DNA of 64,000 bases, taken from an uncultured virus (IMG/VR IMGVR_UViG_2522572172_000008) (taxonomy: Duplodnaviria; Heunggongvirae; Uroviricota; Caudoviricetes). The position numbers were made by a program, and so were the translations under genes. Below, one piece after another: positions 39,773-49,106 of the stretch. Location of the stretch: the IMG/VR virus record IMGVR_UViG_2522572172_000008; one strand, given 5' to 3'. How positions within the stretch are numbered: position 1 is the stretch's first letter; each line of letters begins with the position of its first letter. A model generated the notes under the pieces. It searched no databases and was not told where the DNA came from. It saw only the letters and a program-made list of their open reading frames with translations.

Positions 39773-40141
39773 TTAATCAGAACAAACACCTGAATCACTA
39801 CCACCACAATCATTCGAATAAGGACCTACTACCTCATTCGAGCCCAATCCTCCTGTTTTTACCAGGTCATCATTACTTACAGATGTATTAATTTGGTTTA
39901 ATGGATGTAACGGATTTGTTATATCTCCTGAATACGTTTTATTAGCTTCTTTATTTTTTGCAAAAGCTACAGCTCTTTCTGACATTTTATAACCTGTCTT
40001 TCCTGAATACGTAGTACCAATCACGAGTTTATGCAACTGACGTTCTTTTTGACTTTCTAAAATATCCATTGGAATCCCACGAGCCATACTTTCTTGTTGC
40101 TTTTTATTTAAACGGTTTCTTCTAAATCTCTTAAAAAACAA
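39773..40141 (-). CDS. Hypothetical protein with Gly/Ser tail
   Basis: NPLHPLN, isolated GTTYSGKT. Confidence 0.6.
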   Translation of the reverse strand: MFFKRFRRNRLNKKQQESMARGIPMDILESQKERQLHKLVIGTTYSGKTGYKMSERAVAFAKNKEANKTYSGDITNPLHPLNQINTSVSNDDLVKTGGLGSNEVVGPYSNDCGGSDSGVCSD

Positions 40142-40180
40142 ATTTATTCACTTCCTTTATGTCAATGTTAATCCAAGATA

Positions 40181-40210
40181 ATCATACATCTTTTCTTTGA
40201 CTATTGTCAA
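40181..40210 (-). promoter_or_regulatory. Motif B promoter
   Basis: ttgactattgtcaa 40197-40210; TTGACA-18-TATGAT. Confidence 0.7.
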
Positions 40211-40294
40211 TAAAAAACAAAAAGACATGTCTTCCTTGACATGTCTTACTAACAATAACTTTTAAATATATCACGACCATCTCATAGATGAACC

Positions 40295-40792
40295 TTATGA
40301 CTGTTTTACCATCGCTTTAATAGTAGTAGCATTCTCTTTTGTTACGACCACTTCATCTGATTTTAATTGTAATTTCTCTGAAACTAATTTCCTTACCGTT
40401 TCAGCATCGCTTGTTTTAGATTTATTTTTTTTAGATTCATTTGTTTCATCATTATCCTTCACAGAATCTTTCTCGTTATTTTCCTTTGTAACTTCATATT
40501 TTATAATATCTGCTGATATTGATTTAAATGTGAATTTATATGTATTATCTTTTGTAATGGCGATAACATCCCCTTTTTCATCCTTAAATTCAATTTGTGA
40601 CCTTGGAATATCCAACTTGTTAGCAATCGCAGTTTCACGACTATCTTCTTGGAAATCATTATAGCCTAAAATTCCAAAGATGATAGCTAACAATACTCCA
40701 AGGAATAAATTCATTGCTGATTCTTCTTTGAGACTCCAGGCTACACCACCAATAAAACATAACATTGACATAATAAATAAAAAAATAAACAT
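40295..40792 (-). CDS. Membrane-anchored paralog family member 14 (second module shortened)
   Basis: IANKLDIP...ITKDNTY; VSEKLQL..VVVTKENATTIKAMVKQ. Confidence 0.8.
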   Translation of the reverse strand: MFIFLFIMSMLCFIGGVAWSLKEESAMNLFLGVLLAIIFGILGYNDFQEDSRETAIANKLDIPRSQIEFKDEKGDVIAITKDNTYKFTFKSISADIIKYEVTKENNEKDSVKDNDETNESKKNKSKTSDAETVRKLVSEKLQLKSDEVVVTKENATTIKAMVKQS

Positions 40793-40821
40793 TTCTCTTT
40801 TTACTCCTTTAAATTTTCTCT

Positions 40822-41385
40822 TTAACCCTGTTTTACCATCGCCTTTATAGAAATTGAATTTTCTTCCGTTTCTACTACATACTTACCTGATGATGTAATA
40901 GCTGTGTATAAGTTCTCTTTATCTTTCGTTACAACCACTTCATCTTTTTGTAGGTTAAGCTTATTCGCTACCATCTCTCTTACTTTCTCCTCATTTTTCA
41001 TAGAAGGTTCATTTACCTTGTTACTCCCTTCTTTTTTTCTATCTATTTTTTCCCATTTAATAATGGCACTGGAATCAGATTTGAATTCATACATGTAATC
41101 GTTATCTTTTGTGCTTACATATACATTTGATTGATAATGTTTAAAATTAACATTCTCTTTGTTCACATCTAATTTCCCCGCAATAACCATTTCTCTCTCA
41201 TTTTCTAAGGAAGCAGATTGATAAGGTAAAATCCCTAATACAATAGCACCTACAGATAGAACCATTATAAAATATTCCATCCCATCCAAAAGATAGTCAT
41301 TGTCAGTACATGCATAAGCAATAGATAAGCAAAGAACAATCCCCCAAACTATCATCCAAATCATCCAGAACAACATTAACAACAT
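40822..41385 (-). CDS. Membrane-anchored paralog family member 15 (two modules)
   Basis: IAGKLDV...STKDNDY; VANKLNL...YTAITSSGKY. Confidence 0.8.
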   Translation of the reverse strand: MLLMLFWMIWMIVWGIVLCLSIAYACTDNDYLLDGMEYFIMVLSVGAIVLGILPYQSASLENEREMVIAGKLDVNKENVNFKHYQSNVYVSTKDNDYMYEFKSDSSAIIKWEKIDRKKEGSNKVNEPSMKNEEKVREMVANKLNLQKDEVVVTKDKENLYTAITSSGKYVVETEENSISIKAMVKQG

Positions 41386-41437
41386 CCTTTCTTTATCTAT
41401 TCAATTAACGTTTCTTACAAAAGAATAACACTTTTTA

Positions 41438-41451
41438 TTAACTATAGTCAA
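41438..41451. promoter_or_regulatory. Motif B
   Basis: ttaactatagtcaa. Confidence 0.7.
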
Positions 41452-41505
41452 TAAATAAAAAAATGACACCCATATTGAATGCCATTTAAAAACAATCCCC
41501 GTTTT

Positions 41506-41700
41506 TTATACTGTTCTTTTTAATTTAATGCTGTAAATATAGAATGTGACAGAAGAAATTAACGAGATAACTCCCAACAAGATTCCACCTACAAAAGAGA
41601 CATATTGATTCGTGATAGCTCCAATAAATAACAAAATTGATAAGATACACAATGAAAGAGAACCTACTCTGTTTATTAAGACTTGTTTAGGATTCGCCAT
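41506..41700 (-). CDS. Small 2-TM protein
   Basis: AGGAGGG RBS. Confidence 0.65.
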   Translation of the reverse strand: MANPKQVLINRVGSLSLCILSILLFIGAITNQYVSFVGGILLGVISLISSVTFYIYSIKLKRTV

Positions 41701-41738
41701 ATTCTCCCTCCTTTTCAAGGTTATCTTCATAACTTTTA

Positions 41739-42059
41739 TTAATCATAATATTCAACAAGTTCTGCTATTTTTCGTAAAATTTCAGGATTCTTGCACAATT
41801 TCACTTTATGTCCGATACTTTCCCTATTTGCATATAACCAACATTCTTCTACTACTTCTTTATCAGTAGTATAGAAATTAGGTCTATCCTTTCTACACCA
41901 CTTTAGTATCTCTGCATCTTCAGACAGAGTTCTTCCAATAATCCAATACAATTCATTTTCACTAATAATATAACCCTCAACAAAACGTTTTTTCATAGGA
42001 AGGTTCCAATTTTCCCACGTTAAAGGTTCCAATATCCATACCTTATCTCCAATCTTCAA
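41739..42059 (-). CDS. Hypothetical protein
   Basis: KIGDKVW N-terminus; AAGGAG RBS. Confidence 0.7.
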   Translation of the reverse strand: MKIGDKVWILEPLTWENWNLPMKKRFVEGYIISENELYWIIGRTLSEDAEILKWCRKDRPNFYTTDKEVVEECWLYANRESIGHKVKLCKNPEILRKIAELVEYYD

Positions 42060-42149
42060 ATTTCAGTCACATCTCCTTTTTCTTATAATCCCTGAAATAA
42101 AACCCTGTTTCCCCTCCATTGTTAAATACAAAACGATGGTTACATTTAA

Positions 42150-42178
42150 ATCATACATATTACATTTACTATAGTCAA
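42150..42178 (-). promoter_or_regulatory. Motif B promoter
   Basis: tttactatagtcaa 42165-42178; TTGACT-17-TATGAT. Confidence 0.75.
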
Positions 42179-42331
42179 TAAACCTAACTATATTCACCGT
42201 GCCATTCAATAAAGCACGAAATAAAAAAAGACATCCTTTATCGAATGTCCGTAATCCTCTCTCTACTAACCATTAATCTGGTTTGTTTGCACTCTATGTA
42301 TTTTAAACATCAGAAATAATTATTTTATATT

Positions 42332-43276
42332 TTATGCTGATAAAATTTGAGATGTTTTATTTAAAATCTCTTCAATGTCCTCTTTAGACAAGTGAATGTG
42401 CCCTCGATTATATCTATCTTTTTTCACATTATCATATTCAATTTCTACCCTTACTAATGACTTGTCTCTTTCTAAATTCACAAGAAAAATACTATGTTGA
42501 CCTGCAAACTCCCAGGATTGACCATGTGTATCAACATCCTCCTTATTCATTTTCTGTAAGTAGTTAACTAAAACTTCTTGAATCGTAGAAAATTTGGGGT
42601 ATGTTATGCATAAAGACACTGGATTCTCATCAAATGTTTGACCTGTTATTTTAAACTCGATACGATTTCTATCCTCTTCTTTATTTACTGCTATTTTTGT
42701 CTTTTTATAAAAATCCTCAAATATTACATCAGTATGTAGTGCTTCAACTTTTGATATGGCATTTACTTCTCGTAATGGTTCTAATTCGACTGTCTTTACT
42801 ATTTTTTCAGCTTCTTCTTTTACTTCTTCTGCTATTTCATTCTTTTCTACTTCCGTTACCTCTTCTCGCTGTTCTTCAACAACATCTTCTTGAATCCCAT
42901 TTAGTAAGAATTGAGATTGCTGTTCGTTTAAATAAAATAATGATTCTTGTTGAATATCTTCACTCTTTTTAACTAACTTAATCTCAATCCATCTATTCTC
43001 TTCATTTAATGACAATTGTAGTTCTGCTTTCTTTGATGGAAAACTCCAGTATTCACTAAAAACCGAAATGTTAGCTCCGTTCATTTTACGCAAATAATTG
43101 TAAATAACCTTTTGCATTTTTTTTACTTTGAATCTTGTGATTGATAGAGAGATAGGTCGTTCATTCATATTCAAGTTTTTCATACTTAAATTTATACTAC
43201 CCTTTTGTTTCTGCTCTTCAATCATTAATGATGTGTGATTCAAATCATCTTGAAACTTCACCTGACTCCCTCCCAA
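42332..43276 (-). CDS. Hypothetical protein with internal domain duplication
   Basis: PISLSIT..NYLRKMN..WSF vs PVSLCIT..NYLQKMN..WEF. Confidence 0.75.
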   Translation of the reverse strand: MGGSQVKFQDDLNHTSLMIEEQKQKGSINLSMKNLNMNERPISLSITRFKVKKMQKVIYNYLRKMNGANISVFSEYWSFPSKKAELQLSLNEENRWIEIKLVKKSEDIQQESLFYLNEQQSQFLLNGIQEDVVEEQREEVTEVEKNEIAEEVKEEAEKIVKTVELEPLREVNAISKVEALHTDVIFEDFYKKTKIAVNKEEDRNRIEFKITGQTFDENPVSLCITYPKFSTIQEVLVNYLQKMNKEDVDTHGQSWEFAGQHSIFLVNLERDKSLVRVEIEYDNVKKDRYNRGHIHLSKEDIEEILNKTSQILSA

Positions 43277-43428
43277 ATTACCTCTAATTCATACGATACA
43301 CATTTTATATGCTTTATTCAATATCGAATACGTGATATTTAATGGATATTTGTTAAAATTCAAATCCTATAGTATTCATATTGCCATCATCTAAATCTAT
43401 TTCTCTATTGATTAGGCTACTACTTTTA

Positions 43429-43442
43429 AAAACTATAGTCAA
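43429..43442. promoter_or_regulatory. Motif B
   Basis: aaaactatagtcaa. Confidence 0.6.
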
Positions 43443-43523
43443 TAAAAAATTATTATATAAGATATCCACTCCCTTTTATTTTTTGTATAGCAAAAGAAAA
43501 AGCAGAGGAATTATCCCCTGCTC

Positions 43524-43817
43524 TTATTTAGCGTACTCGATTTCTGTATAAAATGGTTTTATCACTTCTTCTAACCTATAATGTTTTAAAATGGTCTTTT
43601 CAAAATAGTGACGTACAAAAGAATTAAAAATTATTTCTTTCCCTTCTTTTCCATAAGTCTTACTTACTTGACGATACTCTTGCATTAAATCTTCTATTTT
43701 ATCATTTACTAAATCAGCAAAATCAATTAAATCTATATTTTTCTTTGACGCTCTTTCTATACCAAGTAAAACATCCGTTGCTACCACTGTTATTTCTATA
43801 ATATCTAATTGTTCCAT
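43524..43817 (-). CDS. Hypothetical protein
   Basis: AAGGAG RBS. Confidence 0.7.
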   Translation of the reverse strand: MEQLDIIEITVVATDVLLGIERASKKNIDLIDFADLVNDKIEDLMQEYRQVSKTYGKEGKEIIFNSFVRHYFEKTILKHYRLEEVIKPFYTEIEYAK

Positions 43818-43857
43818 ACTAAAAGCTCCTTTATCCCCAATTCATTTATTAATACTT

Positions 43858-44634
43858 CTAAAACAATTCATTATCTCGATACACATCTGTTGGATAACGA
43901 TAATTACCTGTGTCTTCTTCAATATTAAAATGAAATCTATATAATCCATCATTATATTCTTGTTCTTCCTGGCTCAACTTTGCCTCTGTTTTGTACTCTG
44001 CTACAACAAATTCATAGCTACCATGTTCATCAGTCCAGGTAAATACTTGCTCTGCATCTGATTGAGTCCAATCATCACCATATGTATCTCTTATACTTTC
44101 TATACTGCCTTGATATTTTAAGCCCAAGTTGTAGTGCTCGTATATCTCTTTTTTTCCAAAGACCATTATAGTTCTACCATTATCTTTAACCAGATAATGA
44201 ATATCCTTATCCTTCATATATTTTTCTTTCACTGCCTTTATGCTCTCAATAGTAACGTCCCTTAAAGTTTTTTCAGAAAAACGATACGTATATGGTCTTT
44301 TATGAAACTTCACTTGACCTATAGCTTCTTCACTCAGCATTCCTATCCAACCACGCTTACTATTCTTTAATACCTGTACATTTCCTGAAATTTCATCTAC
44401 CTCACATTTGATAGGACGCTTTTCATTCACAGAAGCATATACTTCATGCAAAAATTGTAAATGACTATTATCTTTTGTTTTTTTAATTCTTTCACACAGT
44501 TTTTCATCTGCTATTAAAGCCTCGATAAATACCTTATGTGCCTCATATTCACACTGTAAACCATTTAATAATTCCTCTGGTGTAACTTCATCAATACATT
44601 CCTTAAATAACTCTTTCACACTTTTACTTTCCAT
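43858..44634 (-). CDS. Hypothetical protein
   Basis: 258 aa; motif A variants at 44666 and 44691. Confidence 0.75.
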   Translation of the reverse strand: MESKSVKELFKECIDEVTPEELLNGLQCEYEAHKVFIEALIADEKLCERIKKTKDNSHLQFLHEVYASVNEKRPIKCEVDEISGNVQVLKNSKRGWIGMLSEEAIGQVKFHKRPYTYRFSEKTLRDVTIESIKAVKEKYMKDKDIHYLVKDNGRTIMVFGKKEIYEHYNLGLKYQGSIESIRDTYGDDWTQSDAEQVFTWTDEHGSYEFVVAEYKTEAKLSQEEQEYNDGLYRFHFNIEEDTGNYRYPTDVYRDNELF

Positions 44635-44877
44635 AATATCTCGTCTCCTTTAATAATATCATTTTAATACCTGCTTTACCAAATTTATAAAAATACCTTA
44701 TCTATATAATCTATGTATTATATTTATTCAAGAACTGTTACATTCAAAAATCGCATTAGAAAAAGCACATAAAATTATGTGCTTTTTAATTATCATTAAG
44801 TAATATTTCCAGTTATTACAAAATTAAATTTTATTCGCTATAACAACATCATTTTTTACTAAATATAATTATTTATT

Positions 44878-45405
44878 TCAAAACTTTAATTCATAAACCT
44901 TCTGATATTCACACTTATATCCATCAATCCATCTAATCTTACCATCTAAAATTGCTATGTGCTGTGAAAACCCATAATTTTTGGCTTTCTTATTTTTTAT
45001 GTCATCTGAATAAGTACCACAAATGTATTCAAAAAATCCATTTTCACATCTATTAATCATCTCCAAGACCAGATTAACAATTTGTTCTTTTCTATAATCA
45101 TTATACCTCGAAGTGGTCCAGCGAATAATCTTCCTTAAATTCGTTTTGTTTATATTCACTGTTTCTGCAATTGGTTGTTGAAACATATCATGTAATATAT
45201 CTTGTTGTTCTCTTAGCTCTTCTTCTTCTTTCTTTTTCATGTCATATATGTATTGTTCAGAGTTTAGATAACGTTCTTCTTCTGCTTTTCTTTGTTTCTC
45301 TTTTTCTCGAAGCATATTTCTATAATCTTCAACACTCATTCCTAAATCTTTTGCCCTGTTCTTCTCCACATCTTCCATCATCTTCATAAGTGTATTTCCA
45401 AACAT
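44878..45405 (-). CDS. Hypothetical protein with coiled-coil N-terminus
   Basis: Motif A variant at 45438-45453. Confidence 0.75.
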   Translation of the reverse strand: MFGNTLMKMMEDVEKNRAKDLGMSVEDYRNMLREKEKQRKAEEERYLNSEQYIYDMKKKEEEELREQQDILHDMFQQPIAETVNINKTNLRKIIRWTTSRYNDYRKEQIVNLVLEMINRCENGFFEYICGTYSDDIKNKKAKNYGFSQHIAILDGKIRWIDGYKCEYQKVYELKF

Positions 45406-45571
45406 AAAAATTCCCCCTTGTTAATTACTATTTATATAAAATACCTATTTTTCATTCTATTAATTATAGTATATAGCTTTTAGAAAAATACAGAAACAGA
45501 ACACGTTCAAGTTCTTATTAAAGAAAAACACATTTTTAAAAATGTGTTTTTGTCATTTGTTATTATTTCAT

Positions 45572-45964
45572 TTAAATAAGCTCAACTGGTTTAAAGTTTT
45601 CTCTAATCTGCAAATCATTTAAAATTATTTTCTTTGTATTATTGTCAAAAATATATTTCTCACCTTTCTCTCCTTGATATAAACGATAGCTACAATCCTC
45701 GAAAAGACTACAATCTTCATTAGTGAATGATTTTAGTGATTTAATAACACCTATTGGGTTGCTTATATCTTTTGCTTTTAATACTAATTTTGCATCCTCA
45801 CCATATGCTGAAAATCGAAAGTTAGTATTGATATAGCCCCTTATACCAACGTGCCATTCCGCCACAGTTCCGCCATCTCCAAACATATTAACTTCTAATA
45901 TCTCAAATTTCTCCCCTGCATATTCAATAATATCATTTTTCTTAAATCCAAATTTAGTTTCCAT
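45572..45964 (-). CDS. Hypothetical protein
   Basis: GGAGGA RBS; motif A variant at 45998. Confidence 0.7.
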   Translation of the reverse strand: METKFGFKKNDIIEYAGEKFEILEVNMFGDGGTVAEWHVGIRGYINTNFRFSAYGEDAKLVLKAKDISNPIGVIKSLKSFTNEDCSLFEDCSYRLYQGEKGEKYIFDNNTKKIILNDLQIRENFKPVELI

Positions 45965-46127
45965 TATAAATCCTCCATTTTAGTAATTAATTTTTATAAA
46001 ATGCCTTATTTATATACTCTCTTTATTATAGTCTCTTTACTGATTTTAATTAATGTTTCATCTCATTTTAAAAAAAACCTACCATTATAGTTAGATGTTT
46101 TTATCCCTATCACATACTTTTTATTTA

Positions 46128-46382
46128 CTATTCAATTCTTTTTTTACATGTAAAATACTTCTTTGTAGTCGAAATATTTAAATACACAATGTAACAGAAA
46201 ATAATAAATAATATTGCATACACAGTATAAGATAACCATTTAGAACTATCAAAATAAGCCTCTAAAGTAGTGCAGAAAATTACTAAAAAGAATGATTCAA
46301 TTGCATACAGCAATAAAGATTTGTTACTTTCATCCATTGCCTCTTCCAGCATTTCTAAGTCTCTTTGTTTTTCACTATACAT
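46128..46382 (-). CDS. Small 2-TM protein
   Basis: Motif A variant at 46457. Confidence 0.6.
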   Translation of the reverse strand: MYSEKQRDLEMLEEAMDESNKSLLLYAIESFFLVIFCTTLEAYFDSSKWLSYTVYAILFIIFCYIVYLNISTTKKYFTCKKRIE

Positions 46383-46758
46383 GTTTATACATCCCTTCTT
46401 CAAAAGACACAAACAAATACTTCTATGCCTCACCATTATTATCATTTAATTTCTATGAAATACCTATTCTATATATTTGTTTTTATTATAGTTACTAAAA
46501 TTCAAAAATATATCAAACTATAGTTTAAAAATTTTATATTCATTTTTATTAGTGGTTTGAAAAACAAAACAAAAAGCACACATATCATATGTATACTTTT
46601 TAAGTGCATCTATAATAAATAATTTTTCATTGTTAAAATAATATATGTATTAAAGCAAGTGTTGTATTTATTTTTAATCTTAACTATATACGATTTTTTA
46701 ATTTATTTTATATATAGTTAACAAAAACAAAAACACGTAATAACAAAATTTATATTAC

Positions 46759-47073
46759 TTACCCCTTAAGTTCAATTAAAATTTTCATCTGCTCGCCTTT
46801 CTGGGCTATTCTTGTGTAATAGTGAAGAATATTACCTTTTAATATCTTGTAATCATGTACATAATCCTCAATAAACACACCTTCACGATGCTTCAAATGT
46901 AAATCTTCCAATCTTTTCACTGGTTTTCCTGTAAGAGGATTGAATTTACATGAATCCCACATCATCTGCTCATCAAACACACTCCATATTCTCTTTATAT
47001 CCTTTCCTTCTATATTATATGTATTTAAATCTAATGTTCCACCAACTTGAATATCTAATATTACTCTCTTCAT
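46759..47073 (-). CDS. Hypothetical protein
   Basis: GGAGGG RBS before MKRVILD. Confidence 0.65.
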   Translation of the reverse strand: MKRVILDIQVGGTLDLNTYNIEGKDIKRIWSVFDEQMMWDSCKFNPLTGKPVKRLEDLHLKHREGVFIEDYVHDYKILKGNILHYYTRIAQKGEQMKILIELKG

Positions 47074-47263
47074 TTTTATTCCCTCCAAAAGATTTTCTGC
47101 TTTCCGAACTTGTGCATTCACTAAAATCCCTACTATGATAGATAACATCCCTATTAAACCTTTTAAAATATATTTTGATTTTTTGTTATCCCGTTCCTCT
47201 TTAATAAGTAGATGGACATATTATACAACATATTCTCACATATATGGATATATATAGTCTACT

Positions 47264-47298
47264 AAAATGTTCGATAATGATATATTATCGAACATTTT
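47264..47298. repeat. Perfect inverted repeat, candidate tyrosine-recombinase site
   Basis: AAAATGTTCGATAAT-GATAT-ATTATCGAACATTTT. Confidence 0.6.
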
Positions 47299-47849
47299 TT
47301 AGAAATTAAAGAATATATCCTTATATAGCTATCTATAATTTATTAAGAATAATTATAAAAAAGGGTTTTGACAAAAATGAATTATAAAGGAGATACCAAC
47401 ATGAGAAAACTCTGGATTTGCACAGGAAAAGAATATAATTTACGGACAAATTCAACCTGACCATTCACCTTAGCCTTACAACGATAGGTGCATTCTTAGG
47501 ATACGAACATGACGCTCTTGAATGAGCGGATTATTCAAACCAGAAATATTAGGAAGGAGCTACCCCTTCTACTAATAGATTTGATAAACACATACATGCT
47601 CTTTATGAGTGGGCAGTATTCCACCATTACAAATGGAAGAACTGCACGAAATGGTTCTTATATCATTTCAATGATATAAGTCTACAATAATTACATTATG
47701 TAAACATTGTAGTAAAAGGGATTCAATTTTTTGATTCATTGTATACAATCTATATTATATATAGGAAGAAAAATTTAAATTTAAATGTTTAATGATATAT
47801 TAGATGAGAACTTTAAGCTAAATCGGTCAATGTGTTTTTATAAAATACA

Positions 47850-47893
47850 TTGAAAAAAGAACACCTGTTTGCTATAATAAGAACAGATGTTCC
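47850..47893 (+). promoter_or_regulatory. SigA promoter with two LexA (Cheo) boxes
   Basis: TTGAAA-17-TATAAT with extended TG; AGAACACCTGTTTG 47858-47871, AGAACAGATGTTCC 47880-47893. Confidence 0.75.
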
Positions 47894-48106
47894 GAATGAT
47901 TAATTATTCACAAACTCGAATTAGAATTACCTCTTGGTAATCTTTATACGAGCATTGTCTATAGTATATAAAAGTGAATTTTTCTAATAAAAAGAAAATG
48001 ATTCATTATTCACATCTTTTTATTGTAAAACATTGATAATACAATATCTTTCAACTGTTTTTACCATCAGATGGGACTTTCAGTGTTGATATCTTAAAAA
48101 AATTCA

Positions 48107-48134
48107 TTGACTATATTCGAGATTTTGTTATAAT
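48107..48134 (+). promoter_or_regulatory. SigA promoter with half motif B
   Basis: TTGACT-16-TATAAT with extended TG. Confidence 0.55.
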
Positions 48135-48216
48135 TAATACGGAAACTTGCAGTTCATCCCGTTCGTGGATAATCTTAATATATATATAATATAAAACCAA
48201 GGAGTGGAAGTTCGTT

Positions 48217-48603
48217 ATGACAGTTAACAAAGTAAAACAATATGTGAAGGCACTTATCCTAACAGAAGAGGATTTTATTCAAACTATAGAGGATACACTA
48301 CTTGTAGATGGCATTTCAATTCGTTTGGTTGCTTCGAAGAGTGGAAACATGGAAGAAAAACTTTTCATTCCTGTACTACCTGAACGTTTTAAATTAGATG
48401 CGGAATTACATAACCATTTTGACAAAGAAGTTGTATATATTGAAGATGAAGTAGATGGCGAAATCGGTATTAGTATGAACCTTATTGATTCTAAGAACAT
48501 CTTAGAAAAGGTGTATAGCACTTCTTTAACTGGAGAATACACATCACGAGATTTTAATGGTTTTACAGGTTCTTATGACGCATTCTTCTTCACAATGGCT
48601 TAA
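48217..48603 (+). CDS. Acidic hypothetical protein
   Basis: AAGGAG RBS, promoter upstream. Confidence 0.75.
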   Translation: MTVNKVKQYVKALILTEEDFIQTIEDTLLVDGISIRLVASKSGNMEEKLFIPVLPERFKLDAELHNHFDKEVVYIEDEVDGEIGISMNLIDSKNILEKVYSTSLTGEYTSRDFNGFTGSYDAFFFTMA

Positions 48604-48960
48604 CAGTTCTTTGTTTTTTATTTTTAATATCTTTATATCTTTATATACTTTATCCAACACATGCGATTTATTTGGCGATGAATCTCATGTGTTTTTTTAT
48701 ATTATATATCTATCAATATGCTATACACACTATCCCGATAAAACGTAACATAAACATTATATATAATAGACCGCCATTTAGTCAACGATTACTATCTTAC
48801 ATTTCGACATTAATCGACATATTTCTGTAATATTCTACGGAATCTTTACAAAATGTTTACATTTAAACCATATTTTTCTTTATCTTAATTAAATAAACAT
48901 ATTACTTAACTATTACTTTATGAAATATTTAATATGGCTTACATATAGAATTATACAATT

Positions 48961-49045
48961 TTTGTGTGTTTTTTTCTTGTACTTTTTGTGTTTTTTGATA
49001 AAAAAACATGTTGAGCACACATAAAACACACATAAAACACACAAA
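48961..49045. repeat. 11-bp direct repeats with inverted copies
   Basis: CACACATAAAA x2 + CACACAAA at 49016-49045; tttgtgtgtttt at 48961. Confidence 0.55.
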
Positions 49046-49106
49046 TTGCATCTTAAATATTTTTTTGGGATAAACTAAAAAAAGAATGTATCTACTACAT
49101 TCTTTT

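Noticed and set aside
39998..40040. Walker A-like GTTYSGKT in the 39773 gene
   Set aside because: Protein is too short and has no Walker B, so not called an ATPase.
47401..47690. RBS plus 19-codon ORF and broken frames
   Set aside because: No recognisable homology; cannot support a pseudogene call.
47858..47871. acacctgttt as a motif A copy
   Set aside because: Wrong orientation and position; better explained as a LexA box.
48140..48175. Leader hairpins as a riboswitch
   Set aside because: No match to a riboswitch consensus I recognise.
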